Shown here: one piece after another, positions 1 through 9,214 of the stretch
Layout of the letters: every line of letters begins with the position of its first letter
How positions within the stretch are numbered: position 1 is the first letter of the stretch
DNA from: Nitrospiraceae bacterium
GTDB lineage: Bacteria; Nitrospirota; Nitrospiria; Nitrospirales; Nitrospiraceae
Length of the DNA stretch: 64,000 nt
NCBI GenBank assembly: GCA_035457905.1
Contig: DATIAT010000032.1
Coordinates: 10,945-74,944, forward strand
Direction: 5' to 3'
Program-made: the position numbers and the translations under genes
Notes under the pieces: generated by a model
Told to the model about the DNA's origin: nothing
Seen by the model: only the letters and a program-made list of their open reading frames with translations
The model's database searches: none

Positions 1-178
1 TCCACTTGCGCTCACCGTGAATGTAGCAACCTCAGATGAACGGACCGTGAACTGAACGTGAAGAAATCTTCATCATTCCAGGGGGTTTGGCACATACACC
101 CGCTCGCGCAACCGCAGGCCCTTATCGACCTCGCCAGCCTCGCTCGTAATGAACGGCGCGTGATTGTTAGGGATTCAG

Positions 179-1621
179 CTATGCGGGAACGGTCTCTTGA
201 GTTTGAACCGGCAAGTGCAGAGTAAAGATCGAGCCCTTGTCCACTTGGCTCGTAACCGAAATCGTTCCGCCGTGAGCTTCAGCGATTTCCTTGACGATGG
301 GCAGCCCAAGGCCGGTGCCGCCTGCATCCTTCGCCCGTGCCCAATCAGTGCGGTAGAACCGCTCGAAGAGATGAGGAAGATGTTCCGGCTCGATCCCGTG
401 GCCCGTATCCTCTATAGCCACATCCACCCCTTCTGAAGCCGCCCGCAAGCGAACAGTCACGGTTCCACCGGACGGCGTGTAATGAAGCGCGTTGTCAAGG
501 AGATTAATCAATGCTTGTTTGAGCCACTGAGCGTCGCCGAGGACGACCGGAACCGGTTCAGATTCGAACGACAATGTGATCCTGCGGTCATCGGCGAGCA
601 GAGTCAGTTCATCCATCAGATCTTGAATCATAGGTTCCAGGGCGAGCGGGACGAGATTCACGGGAGGCTTGCCGCTCGTGAACTTCGCAAGCGTCAACAG
701 AGACCGCGTGAGGGCGATGAGTCGCCCCACTTGCTCAAGGTTGTTGATGAGCGCTTCGCGATACTCCTCCGAGGTCCTCGCTTTCAGGAGCGCAACCTCC
801 AGATTGCCCTGCAAGATGGTCAAGGGGGTTTTCATTTCGTGCGCCGCGATGTCGCAAAAGCTTCGTTGAATTTCGCTGCTCCGCTGGAACCGGTCCATCA
901 TAGAGTTGAACGCCAGAGTAAGCCGGTGGAATTCTTCATAGGGCGAATCCAGTGTGAATCGTTTTCCCAGGTCTGCTTCAGACATCGCTTCGGCCCCGGC
1001 ACTCAATACATCGATCGAGGTCAGCACTTTCTTGGCCAGCCATCCACTGCCGGCCCAGGCGACAAGAAGGATCGCCCCGGATCCAAGAGTGAGAAGGAGG
1101 ACAAGACCGTTAAGCGTCTCCCGATAAATGAGCATGGATGCTTCTGCATGCAGAATGTACCGTACTTGACTTTGCATTCGGAGAGGGAGAAACAGATGAC
1201 GAATCGGCGTCCCGTCGGACGATTCAACAGTTTCAAACACCGTGTTCCCGCGACGAACTCGTTCGAACACCGTATCGTCCGGAGTCGGATGCTGTGCCAC
1301 TCCCTCAGCCCCTTTCCATAGCACCTGGCCTTCCGGCGAGAAGACGAGAAGAGAATGGGTGGCCTCTTGCAGGTCATGGTGGTCACTCCCGCTTCGGCTC
1401 ATTTCGGCGGCAAGCGTAAAATCCCCGCCGGACTTCTCTATGATGTTGGGGTTTTCCTCAACGATCTTGGCCATCGTCTCCGCCAAGGCTAACAGCCGGC
1501 CATCTACAAACCGGTGTAACAAAGCCTGGCTCCCGATGTATACGAGAACGGAAAAGACCAGGAGGAGCCCCCCCATCAGAAGGAGCGCAGACTGGCGGAT
1601 TAAATTACGAAGAGACTTCAT
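179..1621 (-). CDS. Membrane sensor histidine kinase (TM-periplasmic loop-TM, HAMP, HisKA, HATPase_c)
   Basis: 480-aa ORF. H-box AAHEMKTPL; N box LINLLDNALHYT; G boxes EDTGHGI and GGTGLGLPIV. Starts 5 nt after the stop of the upstream response regulator, giving an operon arrangement. Confidence 0.9.
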   Translation of the reverse strand: MKSLRNLIRQSALLLMGGLLLVFSVLVYIGSQALLHRFVDGRLLALAETMAKIVEENPNIIEKSGGDFTLAAEMSRSGSDHHDLQEATHSLLVFSPEGQVLWKGAEGVAQHPTPDDTVFERVRRGNTVFETVESSDGTPIRHLFLPLRMQSQVRYILHAEASMLIYRETLNGLVLLLTLGSGAILLVAWAGSGWLAKKVLTSIDVLSAGAEAMSEADLGKRFTLDSPYEEFHRLTLAFNSMMDRFQRSSEIQRSFCDIAAHEMKTPLTILQGNLEVALLKARTSEEYREALINNLEQVGRLIALTRSLLTLAKFTSGKPPVNLVPLALEPMIQDLMDELTLLADDRRITLSFESEPVPVVLGDAQWLKQALINLLDNALHYTPSGGTVTVRLRAASEGVDVAIEDTGHGIEPEHLPHLFERFYRTDWARAKDAGGTGLGLPIVKEIAEAHGGTISVTSQVDKGSIFTLHLPVQTQETVPA

Positions 1622-1626
1622 ACAAT

Positions 1627-2301
1627 CTATTCCGGCTCCTCGAGCATATACCCCGCACCGCGTACCGTGGCGATCAACGGTGGAGAAAAGTCTCGATCAA
1701 TCTTTGCACGCAAGGCACGAATATGGGCGTCCACGATATTCGTCATGGGATCATAGCTGATATCCCACACGTGTTCGATGATCGCCGTTCGCGTCAACAC
1801 TCGATTTTTGTTTCTCAACAAGAACTCGAGGAGGGCATATTCTTTATTGGTAAGTGAAATTTCCTGTCCGGCGCGCCAGACGCGATGCGAAACCGGATCC
1901 AGTTTCAAGTCGGCTGCCTGCAGATGGACCGATTGTTGCGGGCCGCCGCGGCGCAGTAAGGCTCGGATTCGCGCCAGCATTTCTGCGAAGGCGAAGGGCT
2001 TTGGCAGAAATTGATCCGCGCCGGTATCGAAACCCGACACCTTCGCTTCCACAGTGTTACGAGCGGTCAATAACAACACCGGCGTCATGTTCCCCTTGGA
2101 ACGAACACGCCGGCAAAGGGTGAGGCCATCGAGCTTGGGCAGCATGATGTCGATAATTAAAAGATCGTACGGATTACTTAAGGCCAACGCCAGCCCTTCT
2201 TCGCCATCAGCCGCGAAGTCCACCGCATACTGTTCTTCTTTCAACCCCTTACGGATAAACTGAGCGAGGTCCACATCGTCTTCGACCAATAGGATTCGCA
2301 T
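1627..2301 (-). CDS. OmpR-family response regulator (REC plus winged-helix)
   Basis: Canonical N-terminus MRILLVEDD at the internal ATG 2301 (the ORF track extends to 2343). Has DLLIIDIMLPKLDG, KPF, and a C-terminal trans_reg_C-like LTNKEYALLEFL...RGAGYML. Confidence 0.9.
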   Translation of the reverse strand: MRILLVEDDVDLAQFIRKGLKEEQYAVDFAADGEEGLALALSNPYDLLIIDIMLPKLDGLTLCRRVRSKGNMTPVLLLTARNTVEAKVSGFDTGADQFLPKPFAFAEMLARIRALLRRGGPQQSVHLQAADLKLDPVSHRVWRAGQEISLTNKEYALLEFLLRNKNRVLTRTAIIEHVWDISYDPMTNIVDAHIRALRAKIDRDFSPPLIATVRGAGYMLEEPE

Positions 2302-2495
2302 AGACTGCCTTATTCCTAATTTTCCGCGGCCTGCACTAGACACTTCGACAACAGCAGGGTGAATCCTTACCCCTTGTTATTATGACATCTCTCAACCGAC
2401 AGGTCACTCAGGCATGAGTCAATTGAAAAACGCGCGGGATTTTCTGACACAGTTTCGTTAGGGTGTCTCAGAGGTCGCTATTACATTGAAGCGGA

Positions 2496-3746
2496 TTACA
2501 ATACCGGCTTGTCGGTTTCCTGTGAACCAAGCGGTAACGGAGATTGGGCTTCTTCCGGCGGGGCGTCGCCGATCTTCAACATGCGTCTAATCCAGGGAAT
2601 GGCCGTCCCCTGCATGAGGACAGACGACAGGGAAATAAAAAACACCAAATGGAAAATCGTGTCGGCCTGCTGGACCCCGGCCAAGAAAGGAAACGTGGCC
2701 AGGATAATCGGCACGGCCCCACGGAGTCCCGCCCAGGCCACAAGAGTCTGTTCTCGAAACGAAATCGGCGAGAAAGCCAACGCTGTGTGGACACACGCAG
2801 GACGGGCAACGAAGATCAGGAAGAGAGAGACGAGGATTCCCACACCGGCGATCGGCAGGAGCCTGGATGGATAGACCTGCAACCCCAGCACTAAGAACAT
2901 GGTGACTTGCATCATCCAGGCCAGTCCATCATGAAAACGCAGGATACTCTGCTGGTGAGTAAAGGGCTTCCGCTGCATGACGAGCCCCGCTAGATACGCG
3001 GCAAGGTAACCACTCCCCTCCAGAATAGAAGCCAGGCCGTAAGTCAGCAACGCCAGCGCCACCGACAGCACCGGATAAATGCCCTCCAACTCCAGATCGA
3101 GCGCATTGAAGAACCGTCTCATGATCTCGCCCATTGCAATGCCAACAACCGTCCCCACCACCATTTGCAATATGAAGAACAAGACAAGCTCACCGAAGGA
3201 GGTTGTTGGTTCCGTCAACAGTCGAATCAGCGCTATCGTCAGTACAACCGCCATCGGATCGTTGCTGCCGGATTCAAATTCGAGCAACTGAACCAATCGC
3301 CTGGGAATCCTGGCATTGCGAGCCCTTAACACCATAAAGACGGCTGCGGCATCGGTAGTCGACACAACCGCGCCGAGCAAGAGGCCCTCCAGGAATGTGA
3401 ACCCCTGGATCCAAGAGACAAAGACCCCGACCAGCACCGCAGTGATTAACACTCCAATCGTTGAGAGTGACAGTCCCTGCCACAGGATGGGACGCACTTC
3501 ATCCCACTCCGTGTCCAATCCGCCAGAAAACAGAATCAAGACGAGGGACGTAATACCCAATGACTGGACCAGAAATGGATTGTCGAAAGAGATGCCGCCG
3601 AGACCGTCGGACCCCGCCAACATGCCGATGGCGAGGAACAAGACCAGTGAGGGGATACCAAACCGGCTTGAGAGTTTGATCGTTAGGATGCTGAGAACGA
3701 TGAGGGTGGAGAAGATGATGAAGGCTAACTCAAGGGAAGTCTGCAT
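2496..3746 (-). CDS. CPA1-family K+(Na+)/H+ antiporter, NhaP2/CvrA-like, without a C-terminal RCK/TrkA-C domain
   Basis: Polytopic membrane ORF. N-terminus after the ATG at 3746, ...SSRFGIPSLVLFLAIGMLAGSDGLGGISFDN, is typical of NhaP2/CvrA. The ORF-track start at 3809 is TTG. Confidence 0.75.
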   Translation of the reverse strand: MQTSLELAFIIFSTLIVLSILTIKLSSRFGIPSLVLFLAIGMLAGSDGLGGISFDNPFLVQSLGITSLVLILFSGGLDTEWDEVRPILWQGLSLSTIGVLITAVLVGVFVSWIQGFTFLEGLLLGAVVSTTDAAAVFMVLRARNARIPRRLVQLLEFESGSNDPMAVVLTIALIRLLTEPTTSFGELVLFFILQMVVGTVVGIAMGEIMRRFFNALDLELEGIYPVLSVALALLTYGLASILEGSGYLAAYLAGLVMQRKPFTHQQSILRFHDGLAWMMQVTMFLVLGLQVYPSRLLPIAGVGILVSLFLIFVARPACVHTALAFSPISFREQTLVAWAGLRGAVPIILATFPFLAGVQQADTIFHLVFFISLSSVLMQGTAIPWIRRMLKIGDAPPEEAQSPLPLGSQETDKPVL

Positions 3747-3918
3747 CTTGCTCTTGTATTTTAGGCTGTTCGAGGCGACCTCTTTGCGCTCTATAGCACA
3801 GACAGCCAAATCACGCCAGCCACCTGACAGAGTTTTGAGCCATTCCCTTTTGTCACAGGGGTAGAGACTCCCTCTTGTGTGTTTGACTTCGTCTTACATG
3901 CCCTCCTAGAATCCCGCG

Positions 3919-6900
3919 ATGGCTGCTTCCTTCGTTCATTTGCATCTGCATACCCAATTCAGTCTCTTGGACGGGGCAAATCAAATTGAGCCGCTCGTCC
4001 AGCAGATCAAGGCCTTCGGCCAACCGGCTGTGGCCATAACCGACCATGGCAACATGTTCGGCGCGATCGAGTTCTATCGCAAAGCTAAAGCTGCAGGCAT
4101 CAAACCTATCGTCGGCTGCGAAGCCTATATGGCACCCGGTAGTCGCTTTGCCGCCAAAGACAGCGGGCTCGCCCACAATGATTACTACCACCTCATCCTT
4201 TTGGCCAGAAACCTGACCGGTTACCAGAATCTTATAAAACTTTCAAGCAAAGCATACCTTGAAGGATTTTATTATAAGCCTCGGATGGACAAGGATATTA
4301 TTAAAGATCACCATGAGGGTTTGATCGCCCTCTCAGGCTGCTTGAGCGGCGAGATCCCATACCTTATCAGCCAGAAGGACATGGCCGGCGCGCTGGCGGT
4401 AGCCGGGGAGTTCCAGGAAATCTTTGGCAAAGATCACTTCTACCTCGAAGTGCAAGCGAACGGACTGGAGCATCAGCGAGTCGTGAATAGCGGCCTGCTC
4501 GAGATCGCTAAGAAAATGAACATCCCTCTGGCCGGTACGAACGATTGTCACTACCTCAAGAAAGAAGATTTCCGCCCGCACGAGCTGATGCTCTGCCTGC
4601 AAACAGGCAAGACGATCAGCGACCCGAATCGCATGAAGTTCGATACGGATCAACTCTATGTGAAATCGACGGAAGAGATTGCTGCCACGTTTGTCGAGTT
4701 CCCCGGTGCCGTCGCCAACACCTGCCGGATTGCGGACAACTGTGACCTTCAACTGGAGTTGAACAAGACGCATCTCCCGCAATACAAGGTCCCCGAAGGG
4801 TTTACCCGGGAAACGTATCTGGAACGTCTGGCATTGGACGGGCTGGCAGAGAGACTTCGAGAAAGACCCAGCCAGATCCTTCAGGCCTCCTACGAGCAGC
4901 GCCTGCGTGAAGAACTGACAATCATCTGCTCGATGGGTTTCGCCGGCTATTTCCTCATCGTGTGGGACATCATCAAATTTGCCCGATCGCGCAGCATTCC
5001 TGTCGGCCCCGGCCGTGGCTCTGCCGCCGGAAGTCTTGTCGCCTACGCGTTGCGCATCACGGACCTCGACCCCCTTGTCTACACGCTCCTGTTCGAACGT
5101 TTCCTCAATCCTGAGCGAATATCCCTCCCAGACATCGACATGGACTTCTGCATGGAACGTCGGGGTGAGGTCATCAACTATGTCGTGGACAAGTACGGCA
5201 AGGACCATGTGGCCCAGATCATTACATTCGGGACACTCGGAGCGAAGGCTGCAATCCGCGATGTAGGCCGCGTATTGGAGATCCCCTACGCCGAGGTCGA
5301 TCGCGTAGCCAAGCTCGTCCCGAATCAACTCAATATCACGCTCCAACAGGCGCTCGATCAGGAACCGCAGCTGCGTGACCTCGTCGAGACCGATACACGG
5401 GTGAAAGAGCTGATGGGCATCGCCCGATCTCTCGAAGGACTGGCCCGCCATGCCTCGACCCACGCCGCCGGTGTGGTGATTTCGGAAGGCCCGCTCACCG
5501 ACCACGTCCCCCTCTACAAGGGAGCCAATGACGAAATCGTCACCCAATACTCGATGGGAGACGTCGAAAAGATCGGGCTGGTCAAATTCGATTTCCTAGG
5601 CCTGAAAACCCTCACGATGATCAAACGCGCCGAAAATCTGATCAACGAAAGACGTCGCAACGGACCACCGTTGGTCATGGACCAGGTGCCGTTCGACGAC
5701 CAGAAAACGTTCGCCCTTCTCTCCTCAGGCAAAACAATCGGTCTCTTCCAGCTGGAAAGTTCCGGGATGCGCGACCTTCTAACCGCCTTCAAACCGGACC
5801 GTTTCGAGGACATCATCGCTATCATTGCACTCTATCGTCCCGGCCCAATGGATCTGATTCCGGACTTCATCAAACGCAAGCAGGGCAAGGTTCCGATCCT
5901 GTACGAAGTGCCTGAACTCGAGCCGATCCTGAAGGACACCTATGGAGTCATCGTCTATCAGGAGCAGGTCATGGCAATCGCCAACACAGTGGCGGGGTTT
6001 TCGCTCGGTCAAGCCGACATTCTCCGGCGCGCCATGGGCAAAAAGAAGCCGGAGGAGATGGAGAAGCTCCGCGCACAGTTTCTCGCCGGCGCCAAAGCAA
6101 ACAGGATTCCCGACAGGAAAGCGGTAAAGCTCTACGAACTGATCCAGAAGTTTGCCGGTTACGGATTCAACAAGTCGCACGCCGCTGCTTATGCCGTTGT
6201 CTGCTACCAAACCGGATATTTAAAGGCGCACTACCCGACCGAATTCATGGCCGCCCTAATGACCACCGACATGGGCAACGCCGACAAGCTAGTCGGTTAC
6301 TTCACGGAATGCCGGGACCTCAATATCAAAGTTCTGCCTCCGGATGTGAACGAAAGCCATAAGAACTTTACGGTGGTTGACCAGGCCATTCGGTTCGGCC
6401 TGGCAGCCATCAAGAACGTCGGTGAGGGTGCCGTCGAATCGATCATCGAGAATCGGAATGACGCCGGTCACTTCAAGTCCTTCTTTGAATTCTGTCGCCG
6501 TGTCGATCTCCGCAAGGTCAACAAACGCATGCTCGAAGGGCTGCTCAAGACCGGCGCGTTCGACTCGACCGGTGCGAAACGCGCTCAACTTGCCGCCGTT
6601 CTGGAGCAAGCCGTCGAGGACGGAGCCGCCGCACAGCGTGAGCGGGACTTGGGACAAACCAGTATTTTTGGCAGCGAACTGCATGGGCAAGAGGGTGTGG
6701 AACATCCGGCCGCTCCGCTGCTGCCAGACATCCCGGAATGGGATCAAAGTGAGCGTTTGAAACATGAACGGGAACTGACCGGCTTCTATATCTCTTCCCA
6801 CCCGCTGGCGCGTTATGAGGCCACCATCCAGGCGCTGGCCACGACCTCAACTGCCGTCCTACCGGAATTGCCGGACGGACGCGAAGTGAAGCTCTGCGGG

Positions 6901-7380
6901 ATCGTCACGACCGTCAAGAACACGGTGACCAAGAAGGGCGACAGGATGGCCTATCTCACCCTGGAAGACCTCCAGGGCGTGGTCGAGGTCATCGTTTTCC
7001 CCGATCTCTACAAAAACGCCGCCGACTTGGTCGTACCGGAACGCCTCGTGCGAATCACTGGCACAGTCGACCGGGGAGATAAAGGCACGAAAATCAGAGG
7101 GAGCAAGATTGAACCGCTCGCCGATGTGCAAGCCCAAACGGTTAAGCGGGTCCATATTCGACTGACGAATCGCCTCGGCGGAACGGAGCAGTTACCGCGC
7201 CTTCGTGAGGTCCTCCACCGTCATCCAGGAGGTACGGCCGTTTCGCTTACGTTGCATATGGATTCAACGCTTGAAGCCGAGACAGGCCCGCTCCCGCACG
7301 TCACTGTCGCACCCAGCGAACGCTTTGTGACAGATGTTGAAGAAGTGCTAGGCAAAGGGGCCATTTTTCTGGTATCGTAA
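3919..7380 (+). CDS. dnaE: DNA polymerase III alpha subunit
   Basis: 1153 aa. PHP N-terminus FVHLHLHTQFSLLDGA, polymerase core (PDIDMDF, YRPGPM, GYGFNKSHAAAYA), and a C-terminal OB fold. Confidence 0.97.
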   Translation: MAASFVHLHLHTQFSLLDGANQIEPLVQQIKAFGQPAVAITDHGNMFGAIEFYRKAKAAGIKPIVGCEAYMAPGSRFAAKDSGLAHNDYYHLILLARNLTGYQNLIKLSSKAYLEGFYYKPRMDKDIIKDHHEGLIALSGCLSGEIPYLISQKDMAGALAVAGEFQEIFGKDHFYLEVQANGLEHQRVVNSGLLEIAKKMNIPLAGTNDCHYLKKEDFRPHELMLCLQTGKTISDPNRMKFDTDQLYVKSTEEIAATFVEFPGAVANTCRIADNCDLQLELNKTHLPQYKVPEGFTRETYLERLALDGLAERLRERPSQILQASYEQRLREELTIICSMGFAGYFLIVWDIIKFARSRSIPVGPGRGSAAGSLVAYALRITDLDPLVYTLLFERFLNPERISLPDIDMDFCMERRGEVINYVVDKYGKDHVAQIITFGTLGAKAAIRDVGRVLEIPYAEVDRVAKLVPNQLNITLQQALDQEPQLRDLVETDTRVKELMGIARSLEGLARHASTHAAGVVISEGPLTDHVPLYKGANDEIVTQYSMGDVEKIGLVKFDFLGLKTLTMIKRAENLINERRRNGPPLVMDQVPFDDQKTFALLSSGKTIGLFQLESSGMRDLLTAFKPDRFEDIIAIIALYRPGPMDLIPDFIKRKQGKVPILYEVPELEPILKDTYGVIVYQEQVMAIANTVAGFSLGQADILRRAMGKKKPEEMEKLRAQFLAGAKANRIPDRKAVKLYELIQKFAGYGFNKSHAAAYAVVCYQTGYLKAHYPTEFMAALMTTDMGNADKLVGYFTECRDLNIKVLPPDVNESHKNFTVVDQAIRFGLAAIKNVGEGAVESIIENRNDAGHFKSFFEFCRRVDLRKVNKRMLEGLLKTGAFDSTGAKRAQLAAVLEQAVEDGAAAQRERDLGQTSIFGSELHGQEGVEHPAAPLLPDIPEWDQSERLKHERELTGFYISSHPLARYEATIQALATTSTAVLPELPDGREVKLCGIVTTVKNTVTKKGDRMAYLTLEDLQGVVEVIVFPDLYKNAADLVVPERLVRITGTVDRGDKGTKIRGSKIEPLADVQAQTVKRVHIRLTNRLGGTEQLPRLREVLHRHPGGTAVSLTLHMDSTLEAETGPLPHVTVAPSERFVTDVEEVLGKGAIFLVS

Positions 7381-7399
7381 CCTCTGATTCGAGGCCGTC

Positions 7400-7497
7400 A
7401 TTTCGTTCATGTGGTTTGTTTTGTTTATTTGGTTCACCTGATTAGTTTCGTTCAACCAAAAAAAACAAACAAACCAGATAAACAAAACAAACGAGTT
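7400..7497. repeat. Hairpin-forming intergenic repeat built of 9-nt periodic NAYYTGGTT units (full copy 1)
   Basis: Left arm catttcgtt/catgtggtt/tgttttgtt/tatttggtt, central core cctgattag (7437-7445), right arm of inverted units. 7414-7434 (gtttgttttgtttatttggtt) is the reverse complement of 7472-7492 with one position that is G-U compatible. Starts 20 nt after the dnaE stop and ends 4 nt before the accA ATG. Confidence 0.85.
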
Positions 7498-7501
7498 CAC
7501 T

Positions 7502-8470
7502 ATGCGCGATTATCTTGAATTCGAGAAACCGATCCGCGAGATCGAAGAAAAAATCGAAAAGCTCGCGGCCGCGCCCGCCGGGAAAGCGACCCCCCAGGAT
7601 GAGATCCGCAAGCTGCGGATGAAACTGGCCCAGGTCGAACATACGCTGTATAGCAAACTGACCCCCTGGCAACGCACACAAATCGCCCGGCACCCCCAAC
7701 GGCCCAGCACTCTCGATTACATCGGATACCTGTTTAGAGATTTCCTGGAGTTTCATGGGGACCGCTCATTCGGCGACGATCGTGCCATTGTCGGCGGGTT
7801 CGCTCGATTCAACGAACGGTCGATCATGGTCATCGGCCATCAAAAAGGGAAAACTCTCAAAGAGCGGATGCAACGGAATTTCGGCATGCCAAATCCCGAA
7901 GGCTATCGAAAGGCGCTTCGTCTGATGAAGATGGCCGAGAAGTTTGGACGGCCGATCGTGACCTTTATTGATACGCCGGGCGCCTACCCCGGTATTGGCG
8001 CGGAAGAGCGGGGGCAGGCTGAAGCGATCGCCCGCAATTTATTTGTCATGTCCCGACTCACCGTCCCGATTATTTCCATTGTCATCGGGGAAGGCGGAAG
8101 CGGCGGGGCACTCGCATTGGGTGTCTCGGACCGCGTTCTGATGCTGGAGCACGGGGTCTATTCTGTGATCTCCCCGGAAGGATGCGCTGCCATTCTATGG
8201 GACGATCCCACTAAAGTTCCCGATGCGGCTGCCGCCTTGAAGATGACGGCAAAAGACCTGCTCGAGCTCCATATCGTGGACGAGGTCATTCCGGAGCCGC
8301 TCGGCGGCGCCCATCGAGACTTCAATGCCGTCACCGATCGAGTCGCCAAATCTCTCACCAACCAACTCAGCCAGCTCACCGAATTTTCGACCGACCAACT
8401 TCTCACGCAACGAGATAAGAAATACCGCTCCATCGGAGCCGTCAACGGAGTGGCCGCCACTCTCCAGTAG
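7502..8470 (+). CDS. accA: Acetyl-CoA carboxylase carboxyltransferase alpha subunit
   Basis: 322 aa. MRDYLEFEKPIREIEEKI..., TPWQRTQIARHPQRP, FIDTPGAYPGIGAEERGQAEAIA, ISIVIGEGGSGGALA. Confidence 0.95.
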   Translation: MRDYLEFEKPIREIEEKIEKLAAAPAGKATPQDEIRKLRMKLAQVEHTLYSKLTPWQRTQIARHPQRPSTLDYIGYLFRDFLEFHGDRSFGDDRAIVGGFARFNERSIMVIGHQKGKTLKERMQRNFGMPNPEGYRKALRLMKMAEKFGRPIVTFIDTPGAYPGIGAEERGQAEAIARNLFVMSRLTVPIISIVIGEGGSGGALALGVSDRVLMLEHGVYSVISPEGCAAILWDDPTKVPDAAAALKMTAKDLLELHIVDEVIPEPLGGAHRDFNAVTDRVAKSLTNQLSQLTEFSTDQLLTQRDKKYRSIGAVNGVAATLQ

Positions 8471-8571
8471 AATTCTCGACATCTTCTATCAATACGATCC
8501 CGGCTCGATCTTGCCATACTCCGATGATTCGCGTAGCCTGGCGTCGTGTATCGGATCATCGGGAGGCGCTC

Positions 8572-9210
8572 ATGCTGGGAAAGCTCGCTCCGGGAGTGTT
8601 TCTTGTTTCATCGATCCTGCTCACCGGATGCGCGCTGACACAGGAATTTTCACGAACCCCGCGAACCGCGGTGGAACAACTGCTCCTCACGCAGGCTATC
8701 GAACATGCGATGCACAACCTGGAAGTAGAACTTCCTAAAGAGACCGCTCTGCATGTCGACGTGACAGGACTCCAGACCGACCGCGCCCACTTCAATATGG
8801 TAGGAGAAGATCGCGGCATCCTGCACGGACCATCCCTCGATCTCCTCTTAATTCGCGATTCCGTTTCGACGGGGCTGGGGCGATTGGGTTACAGGATCGA
8901 CCCGCTCGACGCGGATCCCGTATATCTGGCGCGGGTGGTCGTCGAATCGTTCGGCACGACGCAGGGGCTTACATTTTTCGGGATGCCGCCAGTAACAAGC
9001 GTTTTGATTCCCTTCTCTCTCCCTGCGCTCATCCTATATAGTGCCGAGGGGCAACGGGGGTATGCCAGAGTGCATGTGGACTTCTTCGAGTCCAGGACAG
9101 GAATATTCGTCGGCTCCACGCCAAGCACTATCGGTCGAACCCGATATCATCAGTATACGGTGCTATTCTTCTTTACCTGGCAAGTAACAGACCTGACGGC
9201 GCCTCCGTAA
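8572..9210 (+). CDS. Hypothetical lipoprotein
   Basis: Internal ATG gives MLGKLAPGVFLVSSILLTGC with a lipobox L-T-G-C. I recognised no family. Confidence 0.55.
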   Translation: MLGKLAPGVFLVSSILLTGCALTQEFSRTPRTAVEQLLLTQAIEHAMHNLEVELPKETALHVDVTGLQTDRAHFNMVGEDRGILHGPSLDLLLIRDSVSTGLGRLGYRIDPLDADPVYLARVVVESFGTTQGLTFFGMPPVTSVLIPFSLPALILYSAEGQRGYARVHVDFFESRTGIFVGSTPSTIGRTRYHQYTVLFFFTWQVTDLTAPP

Positions 9211-9214
9211 CACC

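Noticed and set aside
4333-5547. 404-aa minus-strand ORF inside dnaE. Similar long antisense ORFs lie opposite prfC (15403-16530), the ChpA-like kinase (46425-47381), the MCPs (47921-48685, 56073-57242, 55975-56745), cheB (51689-52717), cheR (53776-54378), the TPR/csp region (31768-32667) and lptF (32762-33394).
   Set aside because: Each lies fully antisense to a gene with unambiguous family motifs. Their translations are Arg/Gly/Pro-rich and low in complexity, with no recognisable domains. This is typical of stop-codon-poor antisense frames in GC-rich coding DNA.
7400-7497. Possibility that the periodic repeats are CRISPR arrays.
   Set aside because: The unit length is only 9 nt with no spacers, the arrays are shorter than 110 nt and palindromic, and no cas genes are present in the window.
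7442-7756. ORFs whose N- or C-termini read LVCLFFLV, IWFIWFI, LVYLVHLVCFV and similar (7442-7756 minus, 25312-25512, 25464-25883, 28309-28500, and the first part of 10292-10861).
   Set aside because: These are translations of the 9-nt (three-codon) periodic repeat, which naturally yields tripeptide-periodic hydrophobic strings. The remainder overlaps real genes in other frames.
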